Assembly: GCA_050295515.1 (NCBI GenBank)
Contig: JBNKPU010000168.1
Span: 47,899-111,898 of the forward strand
Length of the DNA stretch: 64,000 nucleotides
Origin: Bacteroidales bacterium
GTDB lineage: Bacteria; Bacteroidota; Bacteroidia; Bacteroidales; UBA10428
Direction: 5' to 3'
The first letter of the stretch is position 1, and every line of letters begins with the position of its first letter. The notes beneath the pieces were generated by a model that saw only the letters and a program-made list of their open reading frames with translations, ran no database searches and was not told the DNA's origin. Positions 10,533 to 20,882 of the stretch are shown here, piece by piece. The translations under genes were made by a program, and so were the position numbers.

Positions 10533-11780
10533 TTATTTCCTTTTCTGTCCAGACCTCTTGCCTTTAGAGAATTGTTTGGGTTTTCCCTTCGAATGGGAAT
10601 ATTTTTTACCTCTATTGCCAGAATGTTTTCTTACAATATATTTCGGCGTCTCCCCTAAGTCCTTGGGCACGTGAGCTTTATGGACTTCACTCCCCAGCAA
10701 TTTTTCGATTCGCTGAAACTTTCCTTGTTCTTTCTCATTGATAAAGGTTATGGCTTCACCATCGGCTTCGGCACGTGCAGTACGTCCAATCCTATGGATA
10801 TAATCCTCTCCATCGTTAGGAACATCAAAATTCATGACCAGGTCAATATCTTCAACATCAATCCCTCTGGACATGATATCTGTTGCAACAAGAATTTGTA
10901 TTGTCCTGTTTTTAAAATCACGGAGTACCTTGCCCCTTTCGCTTTGTTCTAATTCCGAGTGAAATTCAGCACAGTTGAAACCATCACGTTTCAATTCCCT
11001 GTTAAGGTCTTTAACATTTACCTTGGTTGAACAAAATACAATTATGCTTTTATAGTTTTTTTCTTTAAGAAGTACCTTGGCCAATTTGTTTTTTTGGTGA
11101 TTGTAAACAACATAAGCCTCTTGTTTTATTTTTTCAGCAGGACGGGAAACTGCTATATTTATTTCTGATGGATGAAATAGTGTTTTTCGAGCCAATTCCC
11201 GAATTTTGGTCGGCATTGTGGCAGAAAATAAAAGGTTTTGTCTCTTTTCGGGCAAGTATGAAATTATTTTAACGATATCTTCATAAAATCCCATATCAAG
11301 CATTCTGTCGGCCTCATCTAAAACGAGAAATTGAAGGCCGTCAACTTCAACATTATCCATATTAAGATGGACTTTTAACCTACCAGGAGTACTTATTACA
11401 ACATCGGCACCAGTAGAAAGTGCTTGCTTCTCCCTTGAAAACAAGGACCCATCGCTCCCACCATAAACAGCGATTGAACTAACAGAGGTGAAATAGGAAA
11501 TGCCTTGCATCATCTGATCAATTTGCATTGCCAATTCTCGAGTAGGAACAATAATCAGAGCTTTGGTCGAACCATCGTTCTTGCTATGTATAATTTTTTG
11601 AATAATTGGCAAGAGAAACGCTGCAGTCTTACCTGTTCCTGTTTGAGCAGAAGCAATAAGATCATTGCCTTTTAATATTATAGGGATAGCTTGTTCCTGG
11701 ATTGGAGTAGGATTTTCAAAACCTAAAGCTTCAATGCCTTCATATATAGAATCATCAAAGCCGAAATCAGTAAAATTCAA
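10533..11780 (-). CDS. DEAD-box ATP-dependent RNA helicase
   Basis: AQTGTGKTAAF (motif I), DEAD, SAT and HRIGRTARA are present, with a basic C-terminal tail. Confidence 0.93.
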   Translation of the reverse strand: MNFTDFGFDDSIYEGIEALGFENPTPIQEQAIPIILKGNDLIASAQTGTGKTAAFLLPIIQKIIHSKNDGSTKALIIVPTRELAMQIDQMMQGISYFTSVSSIAVYGGSDGSLFSREKQALSTGADVVISTPGRLKVHLNMDNVEVDGLQFLVLDEADRMLDMGFYEDIVKIISYLPEKRQNLLFSATMPTKIRELARKTLFHPSEINIAVSRPAEKIKQEAYVVYNHQKNKLAKVLLKEKNYKSIIVFCSTKVNVKDLNRELKRDGFNCAEFHSELEQSERGKVLRDFKNRTIQILVATDIMSRGIDVEDIDLVMNFDVPNDGEDYIHRIGRTARAEADGEAITFINEKEQGKFQRIEKLLGSEVHKAHVPKDLGETPKYIVRKHSGNRGKKYSHSKGKPKQFSKGKRSGQKRK

Positions 11781-11859
11781 TAGTTAACAATTTAATATTT
11801 ATACAAAACCTCCCTGACAAGACCTTGGATTAAATCAGATACATCTTACCAGATTGTTA

Positions 11860-11867
11860 CAAAGGTA
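11860..11867 (-). promoter_or_regulatory. candidate TAnnTTTG promoter element for the helicase gene
   Basis: The minus strand reads TACCTTTG, about 80 nt upstream of the ATG at 11780. Support is a motif match only. Confidence 0.3.
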
Positions 11868-11936
11868 TGAAAATAATAAGCAGTATTCTAATTGATATTC
11901 ACACTAAACTGTTGAAAACCAGAAATCCAATGGATA

Positions 11937-12371
11937 TTATTTTTCAAGTAACCAGTCAATTGCTGGCTGTGTACTTTTAAAAAGCTTCATAGGAATTGAA
12001 AATTTGTTGAAAACCATTAGAAGCATATTTAAATAGTACATTTTAAAAGCATTGCCATCGAAAACTACCGCAGCCTTTGTTAGACCGCGTTCAATGGCTC
12101 CCGGAATAGCCACCAATTCAAACCATTTCCTGTCCTCAGGACCTACTACTCCTTGTTTACGAAGATCTGAAATAAAATAAATAGCATCGTTCTTCTCAGC
12201 AAAATCAAGAGCTAAAGTATAATTCTCTCTATACTTTTCGCCAGTACATTTTCTTATCCAGACAAAATGCATCACCTTTATTTCTGGATAAAAATATGCC
12301 TGAACATCTTCATTATCCACAAATTTTTCAGCTTTATAATTTACTGTTTCCTGTTCGTTTATTGTAACCAT
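11937..12371 (-). CDS. hypothetical protein
   Basis: 144 aa ORF in an otherwise ORF-free gap. No diagnostic motif was recognised. Confidence 0.5.
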   Translation of the reverse strand: MVTINEQETVNYKAEKFVDNEDVQAYFYPEIKVMHFVWIRKCTGEKYRENYTLALDFAEKNDAIYFISDLRKQGVVGPEDRKWFELVAIPGAIERGLTKAAVVFDGNAFKMYYLNMLLMVFNKFSIPMKLFKSTQPAIDWLLEK

Positions 12372-12676
12372 TTCTGTAAGTCATATTTCATTAAAACGGC
12401 AGTCTTTTATATTTTGTTCAATAATAATATGAATTAATAGACAAAACAAAAGACCATGTTGTTCCCTATTTATAACTGTTAAAATTTCTATGCAAAAAAA
12501 ACCTACCTAAGAAAAAAAACAAAAACATATTATACACACTTGCTATAATCAAACATACACCCTGAGGAATAAAATCCGGTTTACCTGTAAAACCTGCATA
12601 AATCCAATAGTATGGCAATATGCCAAATAACAAGGGCTAGTGTCAAGTTAAATATTGTGCATTATGCCAGATACCT

Positions 12677-14671
12677 CTACTGAAACAAGACCATCATAGA
12701 GATGGGTGGAACATCCACACTACCAGAAGCTTTCTTGATACCTTCCTCAACAATCCATGTATCCTTAACGGCAATTTGCCAATCTCCTTTAGGCAAGTTA
12801 TGTGTGTGTGGCCATTTATTGGCATTGTAAACAACCAAAATGTTTTTCCACTTGTCGTTGTTAGCATGATCAGATATAGAAAATGCTACTACATGGGGAT
12901 TGCCTGTTTCAAGAAAATGAAGCTTTTCTTTCAGCTCTTCTGTATTGTTCATGCGAAAGGCCGGATGGTTTTTTCGCAAGGCAATCAATCCACGGTAATA
13001 ATCAAAAACATCATGATGTTGAGATTTCCAATCCCAATCTATCTGGTTGACATTGTCAGAAAGGTTATATGAATTATGCTCGCCATCTTTTGTCCGCAAT
13101 ATTTCTACACCTGCATGAAGAAAAGGAATGCTTTGTGAGGTAAGCACGATAGCATTGGCCAGCTTATGCATCTTCTTAATCTCTTCCATGGGTGTATACG
13201 GACAGGAGGCCTTAAGTTTATCGAAGAGTGTAAAATTATCGTGGCATGATACATATCCAATAGTCTGAGAAGGAGTATTTGCCCAGGGCTGTTCTGAAGA
13301 TTTCACCTTTGACATATTAATTTCGGGATGATAGGTAGAAGCCACAATCCCAAATTTTATACTTTCACTTAATTGGTCATTGCCACTAATAAAGCCTGTA
13401 CTTTTAGATCCAAAAACATTGCCCTTGATGGCATCACGAATATCATCGCTAAAGGCTGCAACATCGGTTAAATGCAACGTGTTATGCTTTAAAGCTCTGA
13501 GCGAATCTGGTAATGGACTGCTGCCGCCGGCCCAGCCTTCACCATAAATGAATATCTTCGGATCTATCGTTTTTAGCTCCTGGCTAATCAGGTTTATTGT
13601 TTCAATATCATGAATACCCATTAGATCAAATCGGAAGCCGTCAATTTTATATTCAGTTGCCCAGAATTTACATGATTCCATAATAAATTTCCGGACCATG
13701 TAACGCTCGCTTGCTGTTTCATTGCCACATCCCGATGCATTTGATAAAGAACCACTTTCGTCCTGGCGGTAATAGTACCCGGGAACTTCCCTGTTGAAAT
13801 ATGAATCTTCACTTTTATAAGTATGGTTGTATACAACATCCATGATGACCCTGATCCCATTTTCATGGAGTTTCATGATCATTTGTTTAAATTCCCTTAT
13901 GCGAACTTCTGCATGGTATGGATCTGATGAATAGGAACCTTCGGGCACATTGTAGTTTTGTGGATCATACCCCCAGTTAAATTGAGGAGTGTCCAGGCTA
14001 GTCTCGTCTACAGTATGGTAGTCGAATACTGGCAAAAGGTGTACATGGGTAACACCCATTTTAATGATATGGTCAATCCCAGTTGTATACCCCTCTTTAT
14101 TTTTAGTGCCTCTTTCTACTAAACCCAAATATTTCCCAGGAGATGAACTGCCTGAACTTTCATGAATTGTCATATCCCTGACATGTAGTTCATAGATAAT
14201 AATATCATTAACTGATTCCAATGCTGGTCTTTGATGTGTTTCCCAACCTATTGGGTTTGTTTCCTGCATATCAACAACCATCGAACGTCTCCCGTTCACA
14301 CCAACAGCTGTCGAATAGATTCCTGGTGTTTCTTTCAACCATTCACCTTTAATTTTAACCTGATAGGTATAATAATTACCTTTTTGGTCACCTTTTGCTT
14401 TCAGAAACCAGGTTCCGGACTCTCCTTTGTTCATATGAGTGGACTTAAAACAATCTCCACCCTCACCGCTATAGTAAAAAAGGATTTTAGCATCCTCTGC
14501 CGTAGGGGCCCAAATTTTAAATTCGGTATATTTTGGTGTGTAATTTATCCAGAGGTCAGATCCATGGTACTCCGGATAAGAATTAAAGCTTTCATACTCT
14601 ACCGCTACATCCTCTTTTAAAACAAACAAACCCGACAAAAAAGCTAGCATGACAATTATTTTTAAGTACAC
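12677..14671 (-). CDS. type I pullulanase (GH13)
   Basis: The pullulanase signature FNWGYDPQNY is present, with GH13 regions VIMDVVYNH, GFRFDLMG, YGEGW and YVSCHDN. There is an N-terminal signal-like segment. The start is GTG 14671, with an alternative ATG at 14650. Confidence 0.85.
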   Translation of the reverse strand: MYLKIIVMLAFLSGLFVLKEDVAVEYESFNSYPEYHGSDLWINYTPKYTEFKIWAPTAEDAKILFYYSGEGGDCFKSTHMNKGESGTWFLKAKGDQKGNYYTYQVKIKGEWLKETPGIYSTAVGVNGRRSMVVDMQETNPIGWETHQRPALESVNDIIIYELHVRDMTIHESSGSSSPGKYLGLVERGTKNKEGYTTGIDHIIKMGVTHVHLLPVFDYHTVDETSLDTPQFNWGYDPQNYNVPEGSYSSDPYHAEVRIREFKQMIMKLHENGIRVIMDVVYNHTYKSEDSYFNREVPGYYYRQDESGSLSNASGCGNETASERYMVRKFIMESCKFWATEYKIDGFRFDLMGIHDIETINLISQELKTIDPKIFIYGEGWAGGSSPLPDSLRALKHNTLHLTDVAAFSDDIRDAIKGNVFGSKSTGFISGNDQLSESIKFGIVASTYHPEINMSKVKSSEQPWANTPSQTIGYVSCHDNFTLFDKLKASCPYTPMEEIKKMHKLANAIVLTSQSIPFLHAGVEILRTKDGEHNSYNLSDNVNQIDWDWKSQHHDVFDYYRGLIALRKNHPAFRMNNTEELKEKLHFLETGNPHVVAFSISDHANNDKWKNILVVYNANKWPHTHNLPKGDWQIAVKDTWIVEEGIKKASGSVDVPPISMMVLFQ

Positions 14672-14884
14672 AATAAAGATAGATACTGTAGTTCGGTTGA
14701 AAAAGCTTTGTTAATATCTTAAACTAATGTTGATAACTAAAGGTTGCAATATATCCCCTTTCATTGCTAAGGTTCGGTAAAAAGTAGTATTTGCCGTCAT
14801 TAAGCAAGGACAAATCTCACATATTCTTTTAGTGATTTATACCCTCTTTTTTGAAAGTTGATCGTAATATTCGTAATTTAAAAC

Positions 14885-16657
14885 ATGTTTGAGCTGACTT
14901 TTACCATAATAGTGTTGACAGTTATGACTGCCTTGCTTATAATGGATGTGTACAAGGCATCTGTTATCATGTTTGGAGCTTTATTGGCATTCTATTTTGC
15001 TGGAATACTGGATATCGAGGAAGCTTTATCTGGCTTTTCAAACCAGGGTATGCTTGCCATAGGAGTATTGTTTATTGTGGCCCGGGCACTTCAAAGTTCT
15101 TCTGGCTTCACCCAATTTGTTGAACTTTCCCTAAAAAGTAACAATTCAAGATTTCTGTACCTTAAATTTATGGTTCCTGTTTCTTTGCTTTCAGCATTTA
15201 TCAATAACATTCCGATAACAGCAGCTTTTATTCCTGTACTTAAAAGATGGTCGAAAAAAAACAATTTCCCTGCATCCAAAATTCTAATACCTCTTTCGTA
15301 TGCGGCAATATTGGGCGGCATGTGCACATTAATCGGAACTAGCACAAATTTAATTGTACATGGGCTTTTGCTTGAAGAGGGTATGCCCGGATTTTCTTTC
15401 TTTGAAACCGGGAAAATAGGATTGCCTGTCTTAATCATCGTGTTTGTATATATGGCCCTGGTCGGTCATCGGCTTTTGCCAAACCGGAAAGAAAATCTGA
15501 TAAGTTTTAATGAATCTTCCAGGGAATTTGTGGTTGAATTAAAAATCGAAAAAACATACCCCTATATTGGAAAAACAATAGACGATGCAAAACTCAGGCA
15601 TTTAAGGGGACTCTTCCTATTTCAGATCATTCGCAATGGAGAGGAACTGGTATCGTTAGGTCCTAATGAAAAGTTGTACCTAAACGACCGACTTTTCTTT
15701 ACAGGAATTCCTGAGACCATTTTAGATTTAGTAAAAACTCCGGGCTTACACCTTATGAAAGACCACGAATTTGATCTACAAAATATCGATTCGGACAAGT
15801 ACAAAGCCTATGAAGCAGTAATATCGATTAGCTCTCCTCTTATTGGGAATACTGTTCGCGACAGTCAATTCAGAAACAAATACGATGCTGTTATATTGGC
15901 GATTCACCGCAACGGACACCGAATAAATAAGAAGGTTGGGGATATAGTTTTCCTACCTGGTGATACAGTGTTTATCTTGGCAAAAAAAAATTTTGGTGCA
16001 AAATGGTACAACTCATTGGATTTTTCTCTGGTAAGTGAAAGTTTTACCGAATATTCGAAGCCCCAGACCAAAGGAAACCTTGCTTTGGTACTCATGCTGT
16101 TTATGATTATTGCTGTTGCAACCGGACTAATACCTTCCTTGCTTATAGCCGCGTTACTCACAGCAGGAATTATGCTAATATCGAAGATTATAAGTATTTA
16201 TGATGCTAAAAGTTCTGTTGATTTCAATGTGCTTTTAGTAATTATTTCTGCATTAGGTATAGCTAAAGCTGTTCAAAATTCAGGACTCGCAGAAAGCATG
16301 GCCAACTTATTTTTACAAACAACTGAGTCCCTTGGCACCTATGGAATTGTAGCTGGAATATTCCTGATTACCTGCTTATATACTGAAATAATAACAAATA
16401 ATGCAGCAGCTGCAATTCTATTTCCCGTTGCCTTGTCTGTTGCACACCTAAGTGGAATTGATGTCAGGGCCCTGGTTCTAACAGTTACTATCGCAGCCTC
16501 AACATCATTTGCAAGCCCAATAGGCTACCAGACCAACTTAATGGTTTATAGCCCTGGCGGTTACAAATTTGTTGATTTCCTTAAAGCCGGAGTACCGATA
16601 AATATATTGGTGGCGATTGTAACAACTTTTCTCATTCATTTTATATTCGCCATATAG
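14885..16657 (+). CDS. SLC13/DASS-type anion permease with central TrkA-C domains (putative sulfate transporter)
   Basis: Polytopic protein with two hydrophobic halves separated by a soluble region resembling tandem TrkA-C domains (GKTIDDAKLRHLRGLFLFQIIRNGE and IGNTVRDSQFRNKYDAVILAIHRNGH). It is adjacent to cysC. Confidence 0.75.
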   Translation: MFELTFTIIVLTVMTALLIMDVYKASVIMFGALLAFYFAGILDIEEALSGFSNQGMLAIGVLFIVARALQSSSGFTQFVELSLKSNNSRFLYLKFMVPVSLLSAFINNIPITAAFIPVLKRWSKKNNFPASKILIPLSYAAILGGMCTLIGTSTNLIVHGLLLEEGMPGFSFFETGKIGLPVLIIVFVYMALVGHRLLPNRKENLISFNESSREFVVELKIEKTYPYIGKTIDDAKLRHLRGLFLFQIIRNGEELVSLGPNEKLYLNDRLFFTGIPETILDLVKTPGLHLMKDHEFDLQNIDSDKYKAYEAVISISSPLIGNTVRDSQFRNKYDAVILAIHRNGHRINKKVGDIVFLPGDTVFILAKKNFGAKWYNSLDFSLVSESFTEYSKPQTKGNLALVLMLFMIIAVATGLIPSLLIAALLTAGIMLISKIISIYDAKSSVDFNVLLVIISALGIAKAVQNSGLAESMANLFLQTTESLGTYGIVAGIFLITCLYTEIITNNAAAAILFPVALSVAHLSGIDVRALVLTVTIAASTSFASPIGYQTNLMVYSPGGYKFVDFLKAGVPINILVAIVTTFLIHFIFAI

Positions 16658-16733
16658 AAACAACTAACTTTATTGAAAACATTGCGTATAGTTTCAAATA
16701 CTTGTAGATAACCACATATCATTATACTAGAAA

Positions 16734-17333
16734 ATGAGTGACAAAAATATATTCCCAGACAGGGATAAATTTGTAACAAGAGCAGAAAAAGAAAAAGTCA
16801 TTGGGCAAAAAGGGTTGGTCATCTGGTTTACCGGGCTGTCTGGTTCAGGTAAAAGTACACTTGCAACTGCTTTGGAAAGAAAGTTAATTCAAGAAGGACA
16901 TTTGACAGAAGTGTTAGATGGCGATAAAATCAGGAACGGGCTCAACAACAACCTTGGTTTTACCGAAGAAGGACGAGTAGAAAATATTAGACGAATTGCA
17001 GAGGTTTCAAAATTATTTTGCAACTGCGGTGTCATTACAATTTCAGCTTTTATTTCTCCTACCATACAGATCAGGCAAATGGCGCGGGACATTATTGACA
17101 ACAAAGACTTTTTTGAAGTATATGTAAGTACTCCACTTGAAGTTTGCGAAGATAGGGACATTAAAGGTCTTTACAAAAAAGCCCGTGAAGGAGCCATAAA
17201 GAACTTTACCGGAATTTCTGCCCCCTATGAAGTACCTGTCAAACCGGATATCAATATGAACACTTCTGGCAGGTCTGTAGAAGAATGTATTGAGGAGATT
17301 TTCTCTCAGGTTAGGGAAAAGATTCGTTTATAA
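16734..17333 (+). CDS. cysC: adenylyl-sulfate (APS) kinase
   Basis: P-loop GLSGSGKSTLA, with LDGDKIRNGLNNNLGFTEEGRVENIRR and ISPT motifs. Confidence 0.92.
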   Translation: MSDKNIFPDRDKFVTRAEKEKVIGQKGLVIWFTGLSGSGKSTLATALERKLIQEGHLTEVLDGDKIRNGLNNNLGFTEEGRVENIRRIAEVSKLFCNCGVITISAFISPTIQIRQMARDIIDNKDFFEVYVSTPLEVCEDRDIKGLYKKAREGAIKNFTGISAPYEVPVKPDINMNTSGRSVEECIEEIFSQVREKIRL

Positions 17334-17498
17334 AATTTAATCTACATAGACTATTATTTTAGATTTTCTTTTTTTCATTAAGCTATTTGACAAAATATTT
17401 TCAATATATTTTCTCAGCATAAGAAGATTAGTTACTTTTAAAATACCTATAAGACATACCAGAACTGAATTTTAAATAAAAAATTACAAAACATCTTT

Positions 17499-19046
17499 GT
17501 GAGGAAAAAGTCTTATCAAATATTTTTTGCGGACACTGCATTACTGTTGCTTTCGTTTTTTGCTATTCTCTTTATTAATAAAAGGGAAATGCAACAAACC
17601 CTCGAAAAATATGGCGTTTCCTTTCTAATTTTTGTTGCCATTTGGATTGTCACATCTTTGTTAATCAAAAAATACAAGCCTCATCAAAAGGAATCTAAAT
17701 TAATTGAGCCACTTAGTAAGATTTTTATTTCAAGCTCGATCGTCCTGGGTATTATATCAACCCTAATGTATTTGGTAAGGATTTGGCATTATTCGCGTTT
17801 TATTGTTTTTGGGACTATACTTCTAACTACCAGCATTGAAACCATTTTTTACATCTTATTTTATTGGTTTAGAACGGCTACAAAAGTTGAACCTGAGGAA
17901 GAAGACAAAATAGATCCAACACTATTTCTTTCAAAAGAGGAGTATATTGAAAGACTTAAAAGCAATAAACTTAAACCCTCCCTTTATTTAAGTAACGATG
18001 ATATTCGAAAGAGATGTGAGTCTATAGTGCATGAAATTGGTCGAGAAGCTTTTGAGTTTATTTTCACCTATGCGCCAATTGATTCAAAAAAAACCTTTAT
18101 TTTAAGTTCCATCTCATATCTGAATATTGATTTATTAAGTTTTAACTTTATTGATTCAATTATCAATCTTAAAAGGATAAATGATATAAGATATATTAAT
18201 AAATTCTTTGAGTCGGTAAATGAAAAACTTCAAATGGGAGGTGTATTTATCGATTTTTTAGAGACTAAAAATCAAAGAAAAAAAAGGATTATTAATAAAT
18301 TCATTTTCCCGTTTAATTCTATTTATTATTGTTTTGATTTTATTGTTAAGCGTATCTTCCCAAAGTTTCGCCTAACAAAAAAAATATATTTCATTCTGAC
18401 ACGTGGTCAAAATAGGGTTCTGACAAAGGCAGAAGCATTTGGTCGGCTATACAGCTGTGGCTTTCAGGTTATTGATGAGAAAGAGACAAATGGACACCTA
18501 TTTTTCATTGCCCTTAAAGTTTCAAAACCTCATTATCCGGTCAAGCCTACTTATGGCCCATTTATCCAGCTACAGCGTGTAGGTAAATATGGAAAAATGA
18601 TAAAAGTCTATAAACTTCGAACCATGCACCCTTATTCTGAATTTCTACAAGATTATGTATATCAGAAAGCAGGCTTACAAGAAGGCGGTAAATTCAAATC
18701 AGATTTTCGGATATCAAATCTAGGAAAGTTTTTCAGGATGTTTTGGCTCGATGAGCTACCCATGCTTGCAAACTTAATTAAAGGTGATTTAAAGATTGTT
18801 GGTGCCAGACCTCTGAGCAAGCACTATTTTGAACTTTACCCTAAAGAAATGCAAGAAAGAAGGATTAAATATAAACCTGGATTGGTACCTCCGTTTTATG
18901 TTCATAATCCGAAAAGCCTGGATGAAGTGATTGAATCTGAACGAAAATATTTTGATGATTACGATAAACATCCCTTGTGGACAGATATAAAATATTTCTT
19001 TACTGCATTTTATAACATCATTTTTAAAAAATATAGGAGTGCTTAA
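17499..19046 (+). CDS. initiating phosphoglycosyl transferase (bacterial sugar transferase family) with unusual N-terminal extension
   Basis: The C-terminal domain has KVYKLRTM, DELPMLANLIKGDLKIVGARP and KPGL. The N-terminus has about 4 TM helices plus a methyltransferase-like soluble insert. The start is GTG. Confidence 0.8.
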   Translation: MRKKSYQIFFADTALLLLSFFAILFINKREMQQTLEKYGVSFLIFVAIWIVTSLLIKKYKPHQKESKLIEPLSKIFISSSIVLGIISTLMYLVRIWHYSRFIVFGTILLTTSIETIFYILFYWFRTATKVEPEEEDKIDPTLFLSKEEYIERLKSNKLKPSLYLSNDDIRKRCESIVHEIGREAFEFIFTYAPIDSKKTFILSSISYLNIDLLSFNFIDSIINLKRINDIRYINKFFESVNEKLQMGGVFIDFLETKNQRKKRIINKFIFPFNSIYYCFDFIVKRIFPKFRLTKKIYFILTRGQNRVLTKAEAFGRLYSCGFQVIDEKETNGHLFFIALKVSKPHYPVKPTYGPFIQLQRVGKYGKMIKVYKLRTMHPYSEFLQDYVYQKAGLQEGGKFKSDFRISNLGKFFRMFWLDELPMLANLIKGDLKIVGARPLSKHYFELYPKEMQERRIKYKPGLVPPFYVHNPKSLDEVIESERKYFDDYDKHPLWTDIKYFFTAFYNIIFKKYRSA

Positions 19047-19241
19047 CTATTCGTCTTGAAAAATGGTGCTTGTTTGGTACTTTAACGCTTTAAAGTTGAA
19101 ATCACAGGACGTTGGCTTTTTAACTTTTCTGGTTCACACCAAATCTTCAAGTCTGGGAAATGGGTAAAAAATAATCCTTTATTATCTGTGTTATCTGTAG
19201 TGAAAATCTTAATATTGTTTTACAATCTTGATTAATAAAGG

Positions 19242-20882
19242 ATGAGAAGAGTTCGATTTTTGGTTTTCCTAATACTTCCTTTTCAATTTTTAAATCTATT
19301 CCTGAATGCCCAGGTAGTCTTCCAGGATATCAACAACAAAGCCATCTACAACTATCTGGATGAAATGGCCAACCTGCAATACATCGGGGTCAATTCTGTC
19401 GTAAAACCATATAGCAGGGAATTCATAGCAGAGAAACTGATGGAAATGGACACCTTGCGTATTATGTTAAACAGAAGACAGACAGCAGAACTGGATTTCT
19501 ATTTACGGGATTATCGCAAGGAAATTCTAATTGGCAAGTATGATAATAAGCGTTTTGATGTCTTTTATTATAGCGATTCCCTTTTTACTTTCTCATTAAA
19601 TGGCATCCTGGGCGGACAAGCCTGGTCGAATGAAAATGGCACCAACTATCACCGTTGGTATGGAGCAGAAGCTTTTGCCTATGCAGGAGAGCATTTGGGC
19701 ATATATGCCAGTCTGCGCGACAATACAGAAAAAATAAGGCTGGCAGACACAGGTATGATAAGCATAAGAAGTGGAGGAAAATATCGGGGAGGAGATTACA
19801 GCGAAATGCGGGGAGGAATTACTTATGGGTGGAACTGGGGGCATGTAGCTCTTGTAAAGGATTATGTGCACTGGGGGAGTTCCTATCGCTACCCGAACAT
19901 TATAGGTTCAAAAGCTCCTTCGTTTGTACAGCTTAAATGGAACATTAAACCAGCAGAATGGTTCGAATTTAACTACATACACGGTTGGCTGGTTTCAGAA
20001 ATAGTGGACAGCTCCCGGTCATACACCTACAATGGCGTACAGCGTAATGTCTACCACAATAAGTTTATAGCTGCTAATATGTTTAGCTTTTTTCCCTGGA
20101 AAAGATTGAATATATCGGTGGGCAATTCGGTGATTTATTCCGACCAAGTGCTTAATCCAGCCTACTTTGTCCCGGTTTTCTTCTACAAATCGGTAGACCA
20201 TACCTACAACGGGAATACCAATACGGCCGGACAAAATTCACAAATGTTTTTTAATATCAGCAACCGGCTAATTCCTAAAGTACATATATACTATTCGATG
20301 TTTATTGATGTGATGTCTTTCAGCACTGTTTTTAATAAAGAAGAACATGCCAATCACTGGAGCATGCAAGGTGGTTTCAAGTATAGTAATTTGTTGCCAA
20401 ATCTTGATATCACTTTTGAATATACCAGAAATAACCCTATGGTTTATAAAAACGATACGCCAACCACTTTATACAATTCTAACTGGTACAACCTGGGGCA
20501 TTACCTGGGAGATAATTCTCAGGAGTTATTTGTATCCTTGGATTTTAAGCCTATTAAAGGATTGGATATTAACACCTGGTATTCTTTAATTCAGAAAGGC
20601 CCTGATTATGAGTATGACAGAACCAATGATCCTATAACCGGAATACCTCAGGTATTAGGAAAACAATTTTTAGAATATGTTGAGTGGGAGAACAATGTTG
20701 TAGGACTGCAACTAAAGTACCAAACACTTAATGATTTTTTTGTTTTTATTGAGGTGGAAAAAAGAAAAATATCCGGGGCACGCGATGCAATCACGCGCCA
20801 GCTAAATGATGAAAGATATAATTCAGAGTTTTACCGGGGAGATACTTTTACATGGTCATTGGGAATGAATTTTAGTTACTAG
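19242..20882 (+). CDS. outer-membrane beta-barrel protein, Wzi-like capsule assembly candidate
   Basis: Signal peptide ending LNAQ. The N-terminal helix AIYNYLDEMANLQYI resembles Wzi. The protein is rich in aromatic-ended beta strands and ends in a terminal Y. The context is a capsule locus. Confidence 0.5.
   Translation: MRRVRFLVFLILPFQFLNLFLNAQVVFQDINNKAIYNYLDEMANLQYIGVNSVVKPYSREFIAEKLMEMDTLRIMLNRRQTAELDFYLRDYRKEILIGKYDNKRFDVFYYSDSLFTFSLNGILGGQAWSNENGTNYHRWYGAEAFAYAGEHLGIYASLRDNTEKIRLADTGMISIRSGGKYRGGDYSEMRGGITYGWNWGHVALVKDYVHWGSSYRYPNIIGSKAPSFVQLKWNIKPAEWFEFNYIHGWLVSEIVDSSRSYTYNGVQRNVYHNKFIAANMFSFFPWKRLNISVGNSVIYSDQVLNPAYFVPVFFYKSVDHTYNGNTNTAGQNSQMFFNISNRLIPKVHIYYSMFIDVMSFSTVFNKEEHANHWSMQGGFKYSNLLPNLDITFEYTRNNPMVYKNDTPTTLYNSNWYNLGHYLGDNSQELFVSLDFKPIKGLDINTWYSLIQKGPDYEYDRTNDPITGIPQVLGKQFLEYVEWENNVVGLQLKYQTLNDFFVFIEVEKRKISGARDAITRQLNDERYNSEFYRGDTFTWSLGMNFSY

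Noticed and set aside
15982-15990. An A9 homopolymer in the SLC13 gene, plus A8 runs at 18279-18286 and about 18378-18385 and a T9 run at 21173-21181, considered as phase-variation switches.
   Set aside because: All are in frame in intact genes. Such runs are expected in an AT-rich genome encoding Lys/Phe-rich proteins. There is no evidence of variability from a single sequence.
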